64,000 nt of DNA from Chrysomallon squamiferum (taxonomy: Eukaryota; Animalia; Mollusca). Numbering within the stretch: the stretch's first letter is position 1; every line of letters begins with the position of its first letter. The DNA lies in assembly GCA_012295275.1 (NCBI GenBank), contig CM022679.1:20894001-20958000 (forward strand). The letters are read 5' to 3'. The notes under the pieces were generated by a model. It had not been told where the DNA came from and ran no database searches. It was given only the letters and a program-made list of their open reading frames with translations. The translations under genes and the position numbers were made by a program. Positions 50,901 to 63,550 of the stretch are shown piece by piece.

Positions 50901-53822
50901 AGAGGCATAAAAAGTAAGAATAATGTAAATCGTGCCAATAAATACTATGCAAAAGATGATTCCAATCATGTATATCAGCATTCATGGAACAGAGTTCTTC
51001 ATTTGTTATTACTTTATTAGAAGATAATTTAAAAGTAATTTTATGATTATTTTTATTATTATTTCAGTCTGTAATATATAAATATTTTATTTACAGGATC
51101 TCAAGTGACATCGAATGTTGTGCCACAGGATGAAAAGACAATAGAAGAAGTTACTGAATTACGCTTAGAAATTGAAAAGTTAGAGAAAACCATAAAACTC
51201 AGAGAGGAAGAAATAAACTCTTTAGTAAGAATTTTGTGTTTTAAACACACTCTGCATTCTTTGATAGAATATAAATATAACTGTCTGAATGGACTGATTA
51301 AAAACAGTGTTATGAACTTTTTGTCTGAAAATATTGTATTTTAAATACAGTATTCAGTTTTGTTTTTGTCATTTTCCCAGCATATTACCTTTTTTTTTTT
51401 TTTTCTCACACATTATCATCTGATCAACACAGTATTAATTTATAATTAATTACACTACATATTGGCAGAGGTTTTCTTCTCTTATTTTATCATAATATTT
51501 TGGTCTGAAAAAATTTACTATTAAAATTGTGAGTTGTTAAAAAAATACATATTATATAGTGTTATCCTTGTCCCATAGCTGTTCTAAATTATTTACCATC
51601 TGTGGGAAGGCACATGTAAATAATCTGTTTCTGCTAGTTGAAAAAGAAGAACACATCTTGAGACAACAGTAGTCTCTGTTGTTTCTTTCATTACATTTCT
51701 GAACTAGAAATTTAAGATACATAGATTATAAAACATTAATGTATTTTTTTGTACTACTCATACCTGCCAGATGTATGAAATCTTATATCTGTATATATCA
51801 AAATTAGTTGGTGATTTTTTATAAAACAAAAATTTGTATATTTTGATGAGTGTAAAATGTAAGATGTTCTGTATTAATTTTTCAGAAGTCTGGAAATGTG
51901 AATTTTTTTACGAAACAAAGTTTTGTATATTTTGATGAGTGTAAAATGTAAGATGTTCTGCATTCATTTTTCAGAAGTCTGGAAATGTTGTCAATGATGC
52001 AGGGGATGCAGCTAAACAGAATGACAAGTTTGTAACAAATGAAGAACAAAACATTGAGGTAGAAAATTTGAAAAAATCCATCTCTGAAAAGAATGATGAG
52101 ATTAACAAGCTGAAATTGCAGTTAGATCAAGAAAAAGAAGAAAATGTGAGTTCATTTTATTTTTGATAACTACGTTGATGAATTTTTTATCATTATTTTA
52201 AAAAAAAATGTAGTTATCAGTAACAAGGATTGTTTCCTAATTTTTATTATTAGCCCTTAAGAATTACTGTCAAAGAGAAATAATATATTGTTCTGTTCTG
52301 TTCATATACTAGAAAATAAAATGAAAATGAAAAAAATAAAAAAAAATAAAAAAATCTATTTTACCATTTGTTTTCATCTTACTTTAATAAATTGTTTCAT
52401 TCATTTCTTTTATTTCTTGTGAAAATAAAAATAAACAAATAAAGGAAAATTAAATAATAATAATTTTCTCAGTTAATAATAATAACAAAAAAAAAAGATT
52501 TCCTGGCAACAGATAATTGTGTTGTCATAAATCTGATAAAAAGTTTACATTCTTGCATGAAAATATTCCAGGCTGTCAGTCCTTTAATTTGTACCAGTGT
52601 GACTGAATGTCAGATGAAACAGAAAATAAAATAATGATAGTAAAAAATAAAAATACTAATAAATGACATGTGAAAACTAAATTAAGTAAAAACAACAGGA
52701 AAAACATTATTATTTATAAAAAACCCACAAGGTAACATGATTTTGAAAATATATGAATTTTTTCTGTTGACAACAGAAAAAGAAACTTGAAGATGTGAAT
52801 GGTTCTAACACACAAGACAAATTGAACTCAGTCACAGAAGAGAAAACATCACTGCAAGAGAGATTAAAAAAGTCAAATGAAGAAAATCTAAATCTCATGG
52901 AAAAAATTAGGGTATGTTTTCTGTAGAATGTATTTGTAAAACTGTTAAGATTTGAATTACTGAAATGAATAAGCTAAGTCAGTTATTTTGATGTTTTTGA
53001 GACAAGTAGAGACAAAACTTTACACAGAGAACACTCCGTTATTAAATATTAAAATGTTATGACCAGTATTTCTTGTTTTTAAATTGCATACATTTTATTT
53101 TTATCTGGTTGATGACAATTTGCTAATATAGTAATAGGTTTTTAAGTGATTTATGATATATGTAAATATTGACTTGTTAATTAAATCTGTGGATAATTTA
53201 GATTTGTAATATCACTGTTTAATTATTTATTATTATTTAAAAGTCCTATTTTGTTATTTGACAAACTTAATGAATTTATTTTTATGCATAATTATTCTAT
53301 TTATAAAAAAGCTCTAATGTTTATGTCACAGTGTGTGTGGATAAAAAAATTAAATAAAATAAATAAAAAAACAATAAATGCAATATTTCCTGAATAATCC
53401 AACTAAATACAGGTACCAGTAAAATTGTTGGTTTCTTTATGACTCAGAGGATTTAAAGGTAAAAAATAAATAAATAAATAAATAAAATGAAGAAAAATAT
53501 TTCACCAAAATCTTTACAAGAACTTTTTTTTTCAATGAGGTGGTGAATTATTAATTTACTTTGAGTATGTAATGATCATTCATTAAATGACATTCATTAA
53601 TTAAGTTTTGTACGTGTAATTGGTTAGAAACTGGAAGAGGAAAACGAAGCAAAACAAGATGAAATTCAGTCTGTTAAAAATGATTTAGAAACTATCAAGA
53701 AAGAACAGGATGATCTTCTAGTGTTATTGGCCGACCAAGATGCTAAGATTGATAGTTATAAAAAGAAGTTAAAAGAACTGGGACAGGAGGTGGGTTTATT
53801 AATAAAAAATAAAATACATATA

Positions 53823-53861
<39 letters not shown>

Positions 53862-54420
53862 TTGTTATGTATCTGTTATAAGGTGTTAGATGTTTTTTTT
53901 TTATGTTTTACTGTAATGAAGGTATTTGTATTCTAAAAGCATCATTTTTAATATTTTATGATCAGTTAACATCATTACTATACTGTGCTTTTTTCAGTAT
54001 TTTTATTACATTTTACTAATTACTGTTACAGCTTTATTGTATATTGTTATATAATGCATTCTATTATTTTAATGTAATTTAAAGTTCTAGTGTTTTAAGT
54101 GTATTGTAATTCATTATTACTATCTTATTTGAATGCAGTTTGTTATATTATTACTTTAGTGTAAGTTATTGTCTTTTGAGTATATTTAGCTACAATATTA
54201 AAAGTTAGCTAAATTTTTATTATTGTAAGTATATTTTATTGTTTTAGATTCATTCTCCTGTTCTGATGAATTTCCATTACATTTCTTTTTTATTACAACT
54301 TCTGTCGGTTTCTGTCTTAAAATATACTTCATTGTTTTGCATTTTTCACAGATTGAGGAGGAGGAGGATGATGATGACGATGATGATGAAGAAAAAACAG
54401 AAGATACAGAAGATGCGTGA
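38976..54420 (+). CDS. USO1: General vesicular transport factor p115 (USO1), 931 aa, 23 exons
   Basis: Exons 38976-39041, 39517-39603, 40024-40088, 40577-40650, 41084-41187, 42027-42185, 42607-42727, 43239-43429, 44378-44453, 44815-44879, 45509-45597, 46115-46269, 46987-47192, 47732-47842, 48574-48695, 49338-49519, 50166-50284, 50490-50628, 51097-51224, 51975-52145, 52777-52911, 53628-53789, 54352-54420 (2796 nt). Motifs SSTLLDDRRDAVRALK, IQKIVAFENAFERL, QPFVLRCAVLYCFQ and EQDDLLVLLADQD; acidic tail. Confidence 0.97.
43890..44350. repeat. Degenerate ~21-22-bp minisatellite (TGTATCAGGTGTTAAAATAGTAG), USO1 intron 8
   Basis: About 20 diverged units. Confidence 0.88.
47843..48573 (+). other. U12-type (minor spliceosome) GT-AG intron in USO1
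   Basis: Donor GTATCCTTT at 47843; branch site TTCCTTAAC at 48556-48564, 7 nt before the AG; no polypyrimidine tract. Joins NVPY|LISQV in frame. Confidence 0.92.
51560..51650 (+). mobile_element. Degenerate SINE body fragment (Meta-domain-like)
   Basis: TCTGTGGGAAGGCACATGTAAATAATCTGTTTCTGCTAGTTGAAAAAGA resembles the MetaSINE core as I recall it; not searched. Confidence 0.4.
51810..51988 (+). repeat. 89-bp tandem duplication of the USO1 intron-19 3' end plus the first 14 nt of exon 20
   Basis: TTTGTATATTTTGATGAGTGTAAAATGTAAGATGTTCTG.ATT.ATTTTTCAGAAGTCTGGAAATGT occurs twice (AG at 51884-85 and 51973-74). Confidence 0.95.
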
Positions 54421-55535
54421 AAAAAAACAACATTTGTGTCTTTTGCAGAAATGAACTGTTCTGTGATATTCACTTTTTTATTACCGTGACAGAAATGAAA
54501 AAAAAAATTGTCCATTGTTTTGCAGAGTCTGGACCCACAACCTTTTAATACTGTTGAAGTGAATGACCAAAAATATAATAACTAAACCTCTTTTAAATCC
54601 CATATAACAGTTTCGATCAGTTATTTAGCATTCATATGTGTGTGTATATTTACTGTTTTCTTCATATATATAAAAAAAAAAAAAAAGTTACAAAAATTTA
54701 TCAGTGTTTAAGACAGTTACATTTAGTATTCTCATTCTGAAGTTTCATTTGTTTTTATAAATTATAAATGGCATTGGTGCTGTTTCATAAAAGGCAAAAC
54801 AGGAATATAGTGCCTATAAATAGAGAGCAATATTATCTTCATAAACTCTTTAGCTGACAGAGGTTTCATAACGGTGGGTGGTTCTCTTCATTGTTTAGTC
54901 AGTTAGTGCATGTATGTCTGTCTGTGTGTGTGACTGTACAACTATGCAGATGTATGTGTGTTAGCCATCTGATTTTAAGACATTAAGCTTGTGAGTTACT
55001 ATGCCTGCAACTTTTTTTTTATAACAGTTATTATTAAATAAAATATTAGTAATAACTGGCATAAAAGGTTTAAAGGTATGTTTGCTCCAGATGTGTAAGA
55101 TATAAGCAGATTATGGTAGTTTGGTTTCAATGTATAAATTATATATTGTATTAAAATTGCTTAAATTTTTTTTTTAGTGTTTTTTAGTATACAGTTTTAA
55201 TATATTACTAAATTATTTGAAGCATGGTTCTAAGATCAAAGCATACAAGTTAAAACCATGTATCATTACAAAACTAAAACTTGAAGCACATGACACAGGG
55301 TGAGTTAGAAATATTTAGGTCAGTTAATTGTTTGTCATTTATATTATATTGTACAAAAAGGCAGAATTAAATAAATGCTTATTTTACCATTTATTCAAGA
55401 CAAAAATAATCATGGGACTGTACAAAGCTGTTTTACTTGCAGCTTTCAAAGTGTCTTCCCTCATGGTTGATACAGAAATTGGGTGCTACTCTCGACTCAT
55501 CTGTATTTAGTAGTCACGTTGAGATGAATAAAATA

Positions 55536-55810
55536 CAGGTTGAGAATCCTTTATTTGAAATGCTTGGAACTGGAAGTATTTCACATTTTGGAATATAAGG
55601 AGATAGCATGAGAATAGAATCTATTTTTCATATATAGCTTACACAGATAATCTGCAGGATTTTTTAAATAATAATTTTAATAATTTTGAGGTTAATTATG
55701 GTTTGTATATATCATATTGCAAAAATGTCCCAAAATTGTAAGATGATATTTCTGTTCCTCGGGAAAAGTTTTAGATTTCAAAGCTTTTCGGATAAGGGAT
55801 CGTCAACCTG
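55536..55810. mobile_element. 275-bp Tigger/pogo-type MITE with TA target-site duplication
   Basis: TA|CAGGTTGAGAATCCTTTATTTGAAATGCTT ... AAGCTTTTCGGATAAGGGATCGTCAACCTG|TA; imperfect TIR of about 30 bp. Confidence 0.85.
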
Positions 55811-58800
55811 TAATAGATTTCAATAAAAAAAAAATTAATTGGACCTAATTAGAGATAATGACTGGTTCAGACAAAATCCTGAAATCAAAGGGCATTATGT
55901 TAAAGCCATGCAAAAGAATTGAAACCTCTGACATGATGCTTTTAGTTATATCATAATTATTTAAATATTAATATTTTTATTTCAAATTAAAGTGACTTTT
56001 TTTAGTATTATTCTTCCACTGAACATGTTGGTCTGAATCTTCAATGATCCAAATTTTTTATTGTCTGCTTTAATTTAAGGTCACTATCCAATATAATTTT
56101 TTTAAAATTAAAATATTAAAATTTGTTTTAGCTAAATCTCACCAGTGTCAGTGAACACAGTTTCCCCATTCACTCGACCTGATTGGTTTAACATAAGTAA
56201 AACAAGAGATATAATCTCAAGTTTTCAGAAGATAAGCTCTTGCATGCACAAAAATTAAATTTCAAAATTAATTTAAAGTGAAAGCTCTTCTGTCAAAGAA
56301 AATACAAATTTCACTTGTGCAGCACACCTCATATAGCTGCAAAATGTCAAATGTAGTCAAACAATCTAAAAATAAACCTTATTCCATACATAAAACCATG
56401 ACTATTTTGTGTTTATCTTCAAAAAATTATAAAATTAATATATTATAAATGTTTTATTACTGAGACATGAAATGTTTATATAAATGTAGCACATCCTTTA
56501 GTAATAGTAGTTGGAATATAGGCAGGAAAAAAGTCATCATTTTTAGTTGTATATATAAATTTACATGAAATGTTTTTTGATTAAAGTATGCAGATGAGAG
56601 TTAAGAATTATATTAGTTTGTTATTTAATTTTATATTTAGTTATTTGTTTTGGAAGGATTACTTTGATTATTTCTTTAATTATTTATAAATAAATGTATG
56701 CTTTGTTTCCAAAATTTAAATTAAATAATAATTTTTCTGGTAAAACCGGTTTTAAGTCAAAATAAATTCTGACAAAATAAATGTTTATTTCTTATTCTTG
56801 ATAAATGTATTTATGATAAAGAAAGACAGAATTATTTTAAAAAATATATGCAATAAAAATAATAAATGAATTAATAATAAATAAAATTCAGATATACTTT
56901 CATTACAAAATATAATTAAAAGAACATTATATAATTAAAAAATATAATAAATAAAATGTTGGTAACTATACACAAGGTTTAATAATAATAAAATAAGTAA
57001 TTAAAGCACAAAGATGATAATTCCAAATTCTGCAAAATACTGAATGATGTGTTTTTTTTTTTCGTGTTAAATTTGCTCAGAATTAATTTATCTGTGACAA
57101 AAACATCTGTACCTCTTCACAACATTTATTTAATAATTTTAAAATTGTCAAAATGAAGAAGAATGTCATCTATGATTTCTACTGTTGTTTTATAATGATG
57201 TAAAATTATTCTTATATATATATAAAACAATGATTGATCAGCTGTGGTTTATTAGTTGTGAAAGCAGCAAGAATTTATGAAAATTGAAGTACGTAAACTA
57301 GATTTTATTTTAAATCTGTTAATGTATATTGTGTATTAAAGATATTTATATTGTTCTGTTTGTTATTTTTTATTTGCTTAAAAATAAAATATGCATTTCA
57401 GTCATTTTTATTTAATTTAAAAATATATTATTTTATTTATTAGGTTTTTTTTTTTTTTTTTACAAAAAATTATCAGTAGGTACAATTTCAAAATTATAAA
57501 CAAATACATATCAGGTATAAAATTAATTATTTAATGTTTGAATATCAACCAATCATGAATTTTATTTTCAAAATCAAAACACTTTTGATTTATACTTTAT
57601 ACTGCAACTTTGGGTTATTATTTTATTTATTATGGTTACTGTTGTATATTTTTATTTCATAACTGTATAAATTAAAATAATAATAATAATAATAATAATA
57701 ATACTAAATAATCAAACGCACATCACTGAACACTGACATTTAATATAATGTACTGTGCTAGCAGTGCAGTATTACGTAATGATCGAAATGATCTCGTACC
57801 GCTAAACTGTTCATCAGACAGTGACATATTAAAACTTCATGAACACATCAATTTAATCTCCATGATCACTGAACGCCGATATGCGAGACTATGCATTGGG
57901 AAAACGCTTAAACATACAATATTACACAAACATTTCGTTGGTTTTGAAAATTTGACGGCTGTAGATACGTACAGGTTTATACCCACTATTTATAGTCCAT
58001 TCACTGATACCGGAACATAAAATAGATATAAAAGGCTACAGGTCTATTATGTGAAGTTGATAGAATTGCACATACGAAATTAATCTAGGATAGAAGAAGA
58101 CGATAAAATATGAAAATGTTTATAATATGCGTTCATGTGATGAAAAGGTTTGTGTGTGACGCCGACTGCGCCAGTAATAGAGAAATCAAAACAAAAATAA
58201 TAATAATAATAATAATTCCAACACATAATATAGTACGTTTTTAATTACTATTTGTATGTTGTATTATATATATGTATAAATGAGATTACAAAATTATAAA
58301 TGAATTTACTACGTTGGTTAAGAAAAAATAAAGTATTTACAACCTCATCAACTCTGAATATAAGCGCCATTTTGTTACAAAAACATTAATATTAAACATC
58401 ATGGGTGAAAAATAAAAATTAAAATTAGAATAACATTTTCATTAACTTGTTATTAATCTCATGTTAAAATGAAAAACATAGAAAGAAAAGTAAATTATTT
58501 TTAATTTCGCTGCTAAAACAAACCACAATTTAAAAACAAAAATCAACGTGGCGTCAACATGTCCAAGATTCGTACAGCACAGCCAGAATCTCCTGTCCAA
58601 TGGGCGGCTGTCGTTTGGTGACGTGAAAAAAACCCTATATCCTGACAAAATTTTCCAGACAATCCAGTCGGAATGCACCAAACATTAACAACATTATCAA
58701 TCTCTGATTTTGAACAACCAGATACCGTTTCCGACTTCCAGTATTTCTTAAACAAAGTTTTCATATATCATTTAAACATTATGGTTTATGTTAAAATGAA

Positions 58801-59399
58801 AGTTCATCACCTGCCATGTGATAAGAAATAATGACTGTGCTCGGGGACATTTAGACGACTTATAGCAATGTTACGTCAGTGTATAAAGTTACCAAGCACG
58901 CGACAGTATCTTTATCACTAATAAAGATGGTTATTCGCCCTCTAACTACAGTAGTTCTGAAATGTAGTCATTCGGTAACACTTCTAAAAACAGTAAGACG
59001 GATGAGTATTTCTGTTAGTGGATACATCTATTCTAAACATGCTGAAGAATATATAATATTTCAAAATGACTACCTAAATTATGACTAAAATCACTGGCTT
59101 TGTGACCTATGTCTGGGTTCGTTGATTTGATTCTGAAATTTTGATTGCGAAACAGAATTTTTGAATAATCTAAATTGCATTATAATTTTATTCATTACTA
59201 AATGAAAATTTTTTGTTTAGTAACCGTTTTATTTGTATGGATTTAAAAATTCTTGCTGTGCTGTTGTTATTTTACTCCTCTATTTGGAAGTGATATTACG
59301 TGTTAATTTTATTATATTTTTTATTATAAACAACAAAATGGAAAAATACATTTATGATTCTCTGTGTAGTGTTTTTTTTCAAAATGTTTAATATTATTT

Positions 59400-59447
<48 letters not shown>

Positions 59448-59795
59448 GTTTCTTCAGATAGTTCTTCCCATTTCAGCAGATCGAACGTGATACTGATTTT
59501 TTGGTAACTTGTTCTATATTATGAAGTTACCTCCAAGCCATTAAAATGTAAAACGCATGCATATCTAAAATATGATTTGTTAAAAATACAAAATGTACAT
59601 GACAAATACACGAAATAATATAAAATACACCCACAAAAATATAATTGCTATTCTTAAAATAATGAAACATGTAATGTAAAAAATAGACAGATACCGTTAT
59701 AGAGACAATTTTCTAATGACAAAACCTTTTGATAACAAATATTCTAAAGAAACATTTCATAAAATTATTCCTTGCTTCACATTAGGGATCATTCA

Positions 59796-59855
59796 GTAGC
59801 TCGGATGTTAGAGCACTCTTTTGAGGAGCGATCTGTTTTAGGATCTAATCTCAGG
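59796..59855 (+). mobile_element. tRNA-derived SINE head fragment
   Basis: GTAGCTCGGATGTTAGAGCACTC (A-box-like) followed by TTGAGGAGCGATCTG...AGGATC; no complete cloverleaf. Confidence 0.55.
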
Positions 59856-60163
59856 ATTTTCTTTTCTTTTCTTTCTGTCTTTTCTTCTTCTTCTTCTTCT
59901 TCTTCTTCTTCTTCTTCTTCTTCTTTTAAAAAATAATATATATTTTTTCCTATCCACAAATAAATGTTCTGTCAATTTATTTTCACTTCTGCCGAGAATG
60001 TCCTGATGTAATATTTAATTTTCTGCCATTATATAATTTATATTTATAGATCGTACATATTTACTGAAACAAAATTTTAAAAACATGTAAGTTACAATCC
60101 CCAAAAGATTTAGAATATATATATATATATTTTTTTTTTAAATCATCTGTTCACAAGACGAAA

Positions 60164-61904
60164 CTAAGCTTCCCGAAATTGCCAGTGGGGGTCGGAGGGG
60201 TATCCAATAGCGGGGGGAGCATGAACTAGGGGACGTCCATCAGGGCCGTACATGTAAGGGCCAACGTAGGCCCCTCGTGGGTAGGCAGCAGGGGCCGCGT
60301 ATTTGGCGTAGTAAGGATCCTCGAGGGAATACATTGGTTCCATCATAATGGGGGGCGAGTAACGACTCTGTTTCTCTAGAATCTCTCGCGAATCCTCGTA
60401 GTGGTCGCTTGTGATGTAACAGCCAGCCAGGGAGTAGAAGGTGGCGGTGAAGGCGCAAAGGATCATTCCGACCCACCCTAGAATGTACGACCACCCGTAT
60501 CTTCGTGATGTTGCGTTTTTCAGTTCCTGGAAAAGAAGCGTCATGATCAAGTTGCAAGTATCAGAAGTTTTACTCTGCATACAAGAATGAGAAACTGGAA
60601 ATAAGTTTGGAATTTTCGATGGATATCAGAAGATTTTATTTTATTTTTATCATTATTTCATTCTTTGTTCATAGTAGTTCTTATTTTCGTTTACTCGTTG
60701 CATACATACATACATACATACATACATACATGTGACAGACGAATGGATGGACAACATCATGCTAGTTTGTAATTCACACATTCTAAACTTGTATATTCTA
60801 ATCAGTAAATTTAAAATATTTTATTTTAAAATCTATTTTACAGTTCACTTACCGCATCCCACTGTTTATAGAACTCGTCCCCATCTGTGATTTTATTTCT
60901 TTCAAGATACTCTGCACCATGGAAAAATGCTATAGCGGCTGCAACACTGAATGCTGAAATAAAGTGTAATAAAAAAATATGTGAGAGAATGAAATGATTC
61001 TCACTGTTGAATATTTTCACGCATAAATATTGATTACAATTGATATAGTTAATTATATTTAAGAAGAAATACAGCTACAGTAGATCGACGTAAGCCATAA
61101 ATGTATCCCGAGATGCTTAGAAGATGACTGCGGATTGTCTTTCTTTTTTTTTTTTTCTCTCCTTTACATTGCAGTTGATATGTTGGTGATGACGATAGTA
61201 AGGTAACTGATGGTAGTGTTTAAGTGATTGTTGTGGTCATTCTGGATTGCTAGTATTTAATAGTTGAAACTGTTTTCTGATGAGATGAATTATATTAGCG
61301 AAAACTAATATCTTCAATATCTAATTATGAAAAACAATAAAATCACTAACTAAAACTCCAACCCGAGGTTGAATGGGTAGATGACTACATCATTTTATTA
61401 ATTACGAATGTCAGGTAAGTAAACCGGATTTATCAACAATTCAAACTCCAGGTCCCACAAAAGATAGATCCACTGATGATAACTACCATGAAGATGATAA
61501 ATAAATTCGTTTAATGATTTTCCTCTTCTTTTTATTTAAAAATTATTTGTATGCGTGTATTCGTATATATGTGTGAGTGTGAGCGTGTTTTGAATTTATC
61601 ATTACCCGATCTATGTCAAATAAATACATTACACACATATACGCAGTCATGCACACACCCACACCTCCCACCACTCCCACACATACAACATGTAACACAC
61701 ACACACACATATATGTACACATATATAAACACACACGCACACACACACACACACACGTCAGTTTACCTGCAATGTAGGCACACAGACCAGCCACGTATGC
61801 CCATCGTGATATTCTCCAGCAGCAAAGGATCAAGCCAAAAATGTAGGCACAGACAAATGTAACTACCGCCACAATGTAAAACGCCAACCACAAGCGAATC
61901 AGAT
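60164..61904 (-). CDS. Claudin/PMP22/EMP-superfamily tetraspan protein, 3' three exons (5' part not resolved)
   Basis: Exons 61904-61767 (LIRLWLAFYIVAVVTFVCAYIFGLILCCWRISRWAYVAGLCAYIA), 60953-60853 (AFSVAAAIAFFHGAEYLE...) and 60526-60164 (YGWSYILGWVG, TM4, Tyr/Pro-rich tail); consistent GT-AG phases. A phase-1 donor CAG|GTATGT at 63943/63942 may end an upstream exon. Confidence 0.8.
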
Positions 61905-62752
61905 CTGAAACAGAATGGAAGAGTTCGAGATGAGAAAAGTAAACATTTCGTTACCTTATTAATAAAAGATCGCAAATACAATCGTTGTCAGATGATTTAT
62001 CCATTAACAGATTAGAAATTAATTTCAAGTATTCTTAAATAGATATTCATGGCTATTTATTCTTAACAATAACTGAACTCATCGTTTCATTGCAATCGGT
62101 GTATATCCAGATGTTTTCCTTTCTTCTTTTTTTTAATTCTTTTTTCTTTTCTTTTTCTTTCTTTTTATTCTTTTTTCTTTTCTTTTTCTTTCTTTTCTTG
62201 TTTTTATTTTTTTTTAATTTTTTAATTTTGTTTTAATTTTGTTTCTGAAAATAATTACAAAACTGAGTACAATCTTATAATTATTGATATGTAATTTTAC
62301 AGTTTCTATTTTTAAGAGAATATCACCATACACTTATACACCAAGAAAGTAATTCACAATACATAAAATAACATGTTAAACTGAGCGTAGACAAATAACT
62401 TGTATTGTTTTTCCCCGTCTTTATAGCATAGACGGAGTCGTTATTGTTTTTGATGGTGCTAGTGTAGTAATAGTCTGCGTAGTAGTAGCGGTAGTGGGTA
62501 CTAGATTTGGTGGCAGCGGTATATTTAATGGTGCTGATAGTGACTGTGATGATGGTACTAGTAATTGTAGTAATTCAATTTTAACAATTGTTCTGTTTAC
62601 TGTTACTTCACTCGAGTTATTTAACTTCCAGTCTTCAATACAGAATTTATCAACTTATGATAAATCTGATGTTAATTCATTTTAGTTGTTATACTTTACT
62701 CAGCGGATGTAAAATCCTATTTTAAAAAATTAATAAGCTTAAGAGCATTATA

Positions 62753-63284
62753 CAGTGGTGCCTTGACTTACGAGTGCCCCATTACGAGCTTTCCAAGTAA
62801 TGAGCAAGCTTCAGATATGTCACCGCTAGTTGGCGCAACGAACAACACAACATCCGGCCAGCATACTGCGTCACACTCGTTTGTTTCACGTGGTTACCTC
62901 GCCGCGGAAGCATCTCTGTTGAGTTGTGTTTGCGTTTAATGCAGTATTATGCAATTTTTTTTTTTTTTTTTTACCATGGATCGCAAAAAACAGTGCAAAG
63001 GCGTTAAAATAAATTGACTGAACTCCAAGATAAATACACTTTACAAAGCCAATTTATTTCTTTACATTCTCTTTTAATTTGTTTTTATACAATATTTTCC
63101 ATTTCTAAATACATTTTTCTTATTTAAAAATACGCTACAAAAAAATGGGGTGGTTATGGAGGGCTGGAACTGATTAATGGTATTTCAATTAATTCCAGTT
63201 TTGAAAATTGATTTGATACATGAGCAAATTGAGTTACGAACTCGGCCACGGAAGGAATTAAACTCGTAAGTCAAAGTATCACTG
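62753..63284 (+). mobile_element. Complete 532-bp pogo/Tigger-derived MITE, TA TSD
   Basis: TA|CAGTGGTGCCTTGACTTACGAGT ... ACTCGTAAGTCAAAGTATCACTG|TA (23-bp TIR, 3 mismatches). The 3' half is homologous to 2390-2707. Confidence 0.93.
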
Positions 63285-63419
63285 TATTTCATAACACTTT
63301 AATGTTTTACAAAATAACTATTTAGAAGGTAGATGCCATGTCAAAAAGGCAAATGGTTTTAATACCAGTGAATATATCAGTTAATTTTTGTTTCTTTGGA
63401 CATCTGAGTCTTACGAATT

Positions 63420-63550
63420 CAGTATTAATTATTTAACGGACCTCGATTCCACGGACCTCGGATTCAGCGGACAAAAAATTGGCGGACTTTAAGTCGGAAG
63501 CAAACCCTTGTATTTCCCGGATATAACTGATGTCATGCGTACGTAATTCA
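63420..63550 (+). mobile_element. Probable degenerate DNA-transposon end with subterminal repeats
   Basis: Three copies of a GATT(T/C)(A/C)(A/G)CGGAC-like unit, a pattern typical of pogo/mariner ends; no partner TIR found. Confidence 0.3.

Noticed and set aside
57748-59088. ORFs of 69-90 aa downstream of USO1
   Set aside because: No recognisable domain or exon structure; lengths are compatible with chance.
59796-59855. Possible tRNA gene
   Set aside because: Only an A-box-like head with no T-arm or acceptor stem; treated as a SINE fragment.
60240-60557. 105-aa overlapping ORF in the last tetraspan exon
   Set aside because: Alternative frame of a GC-rich exon that starts inside the intron; no recognisable motif.
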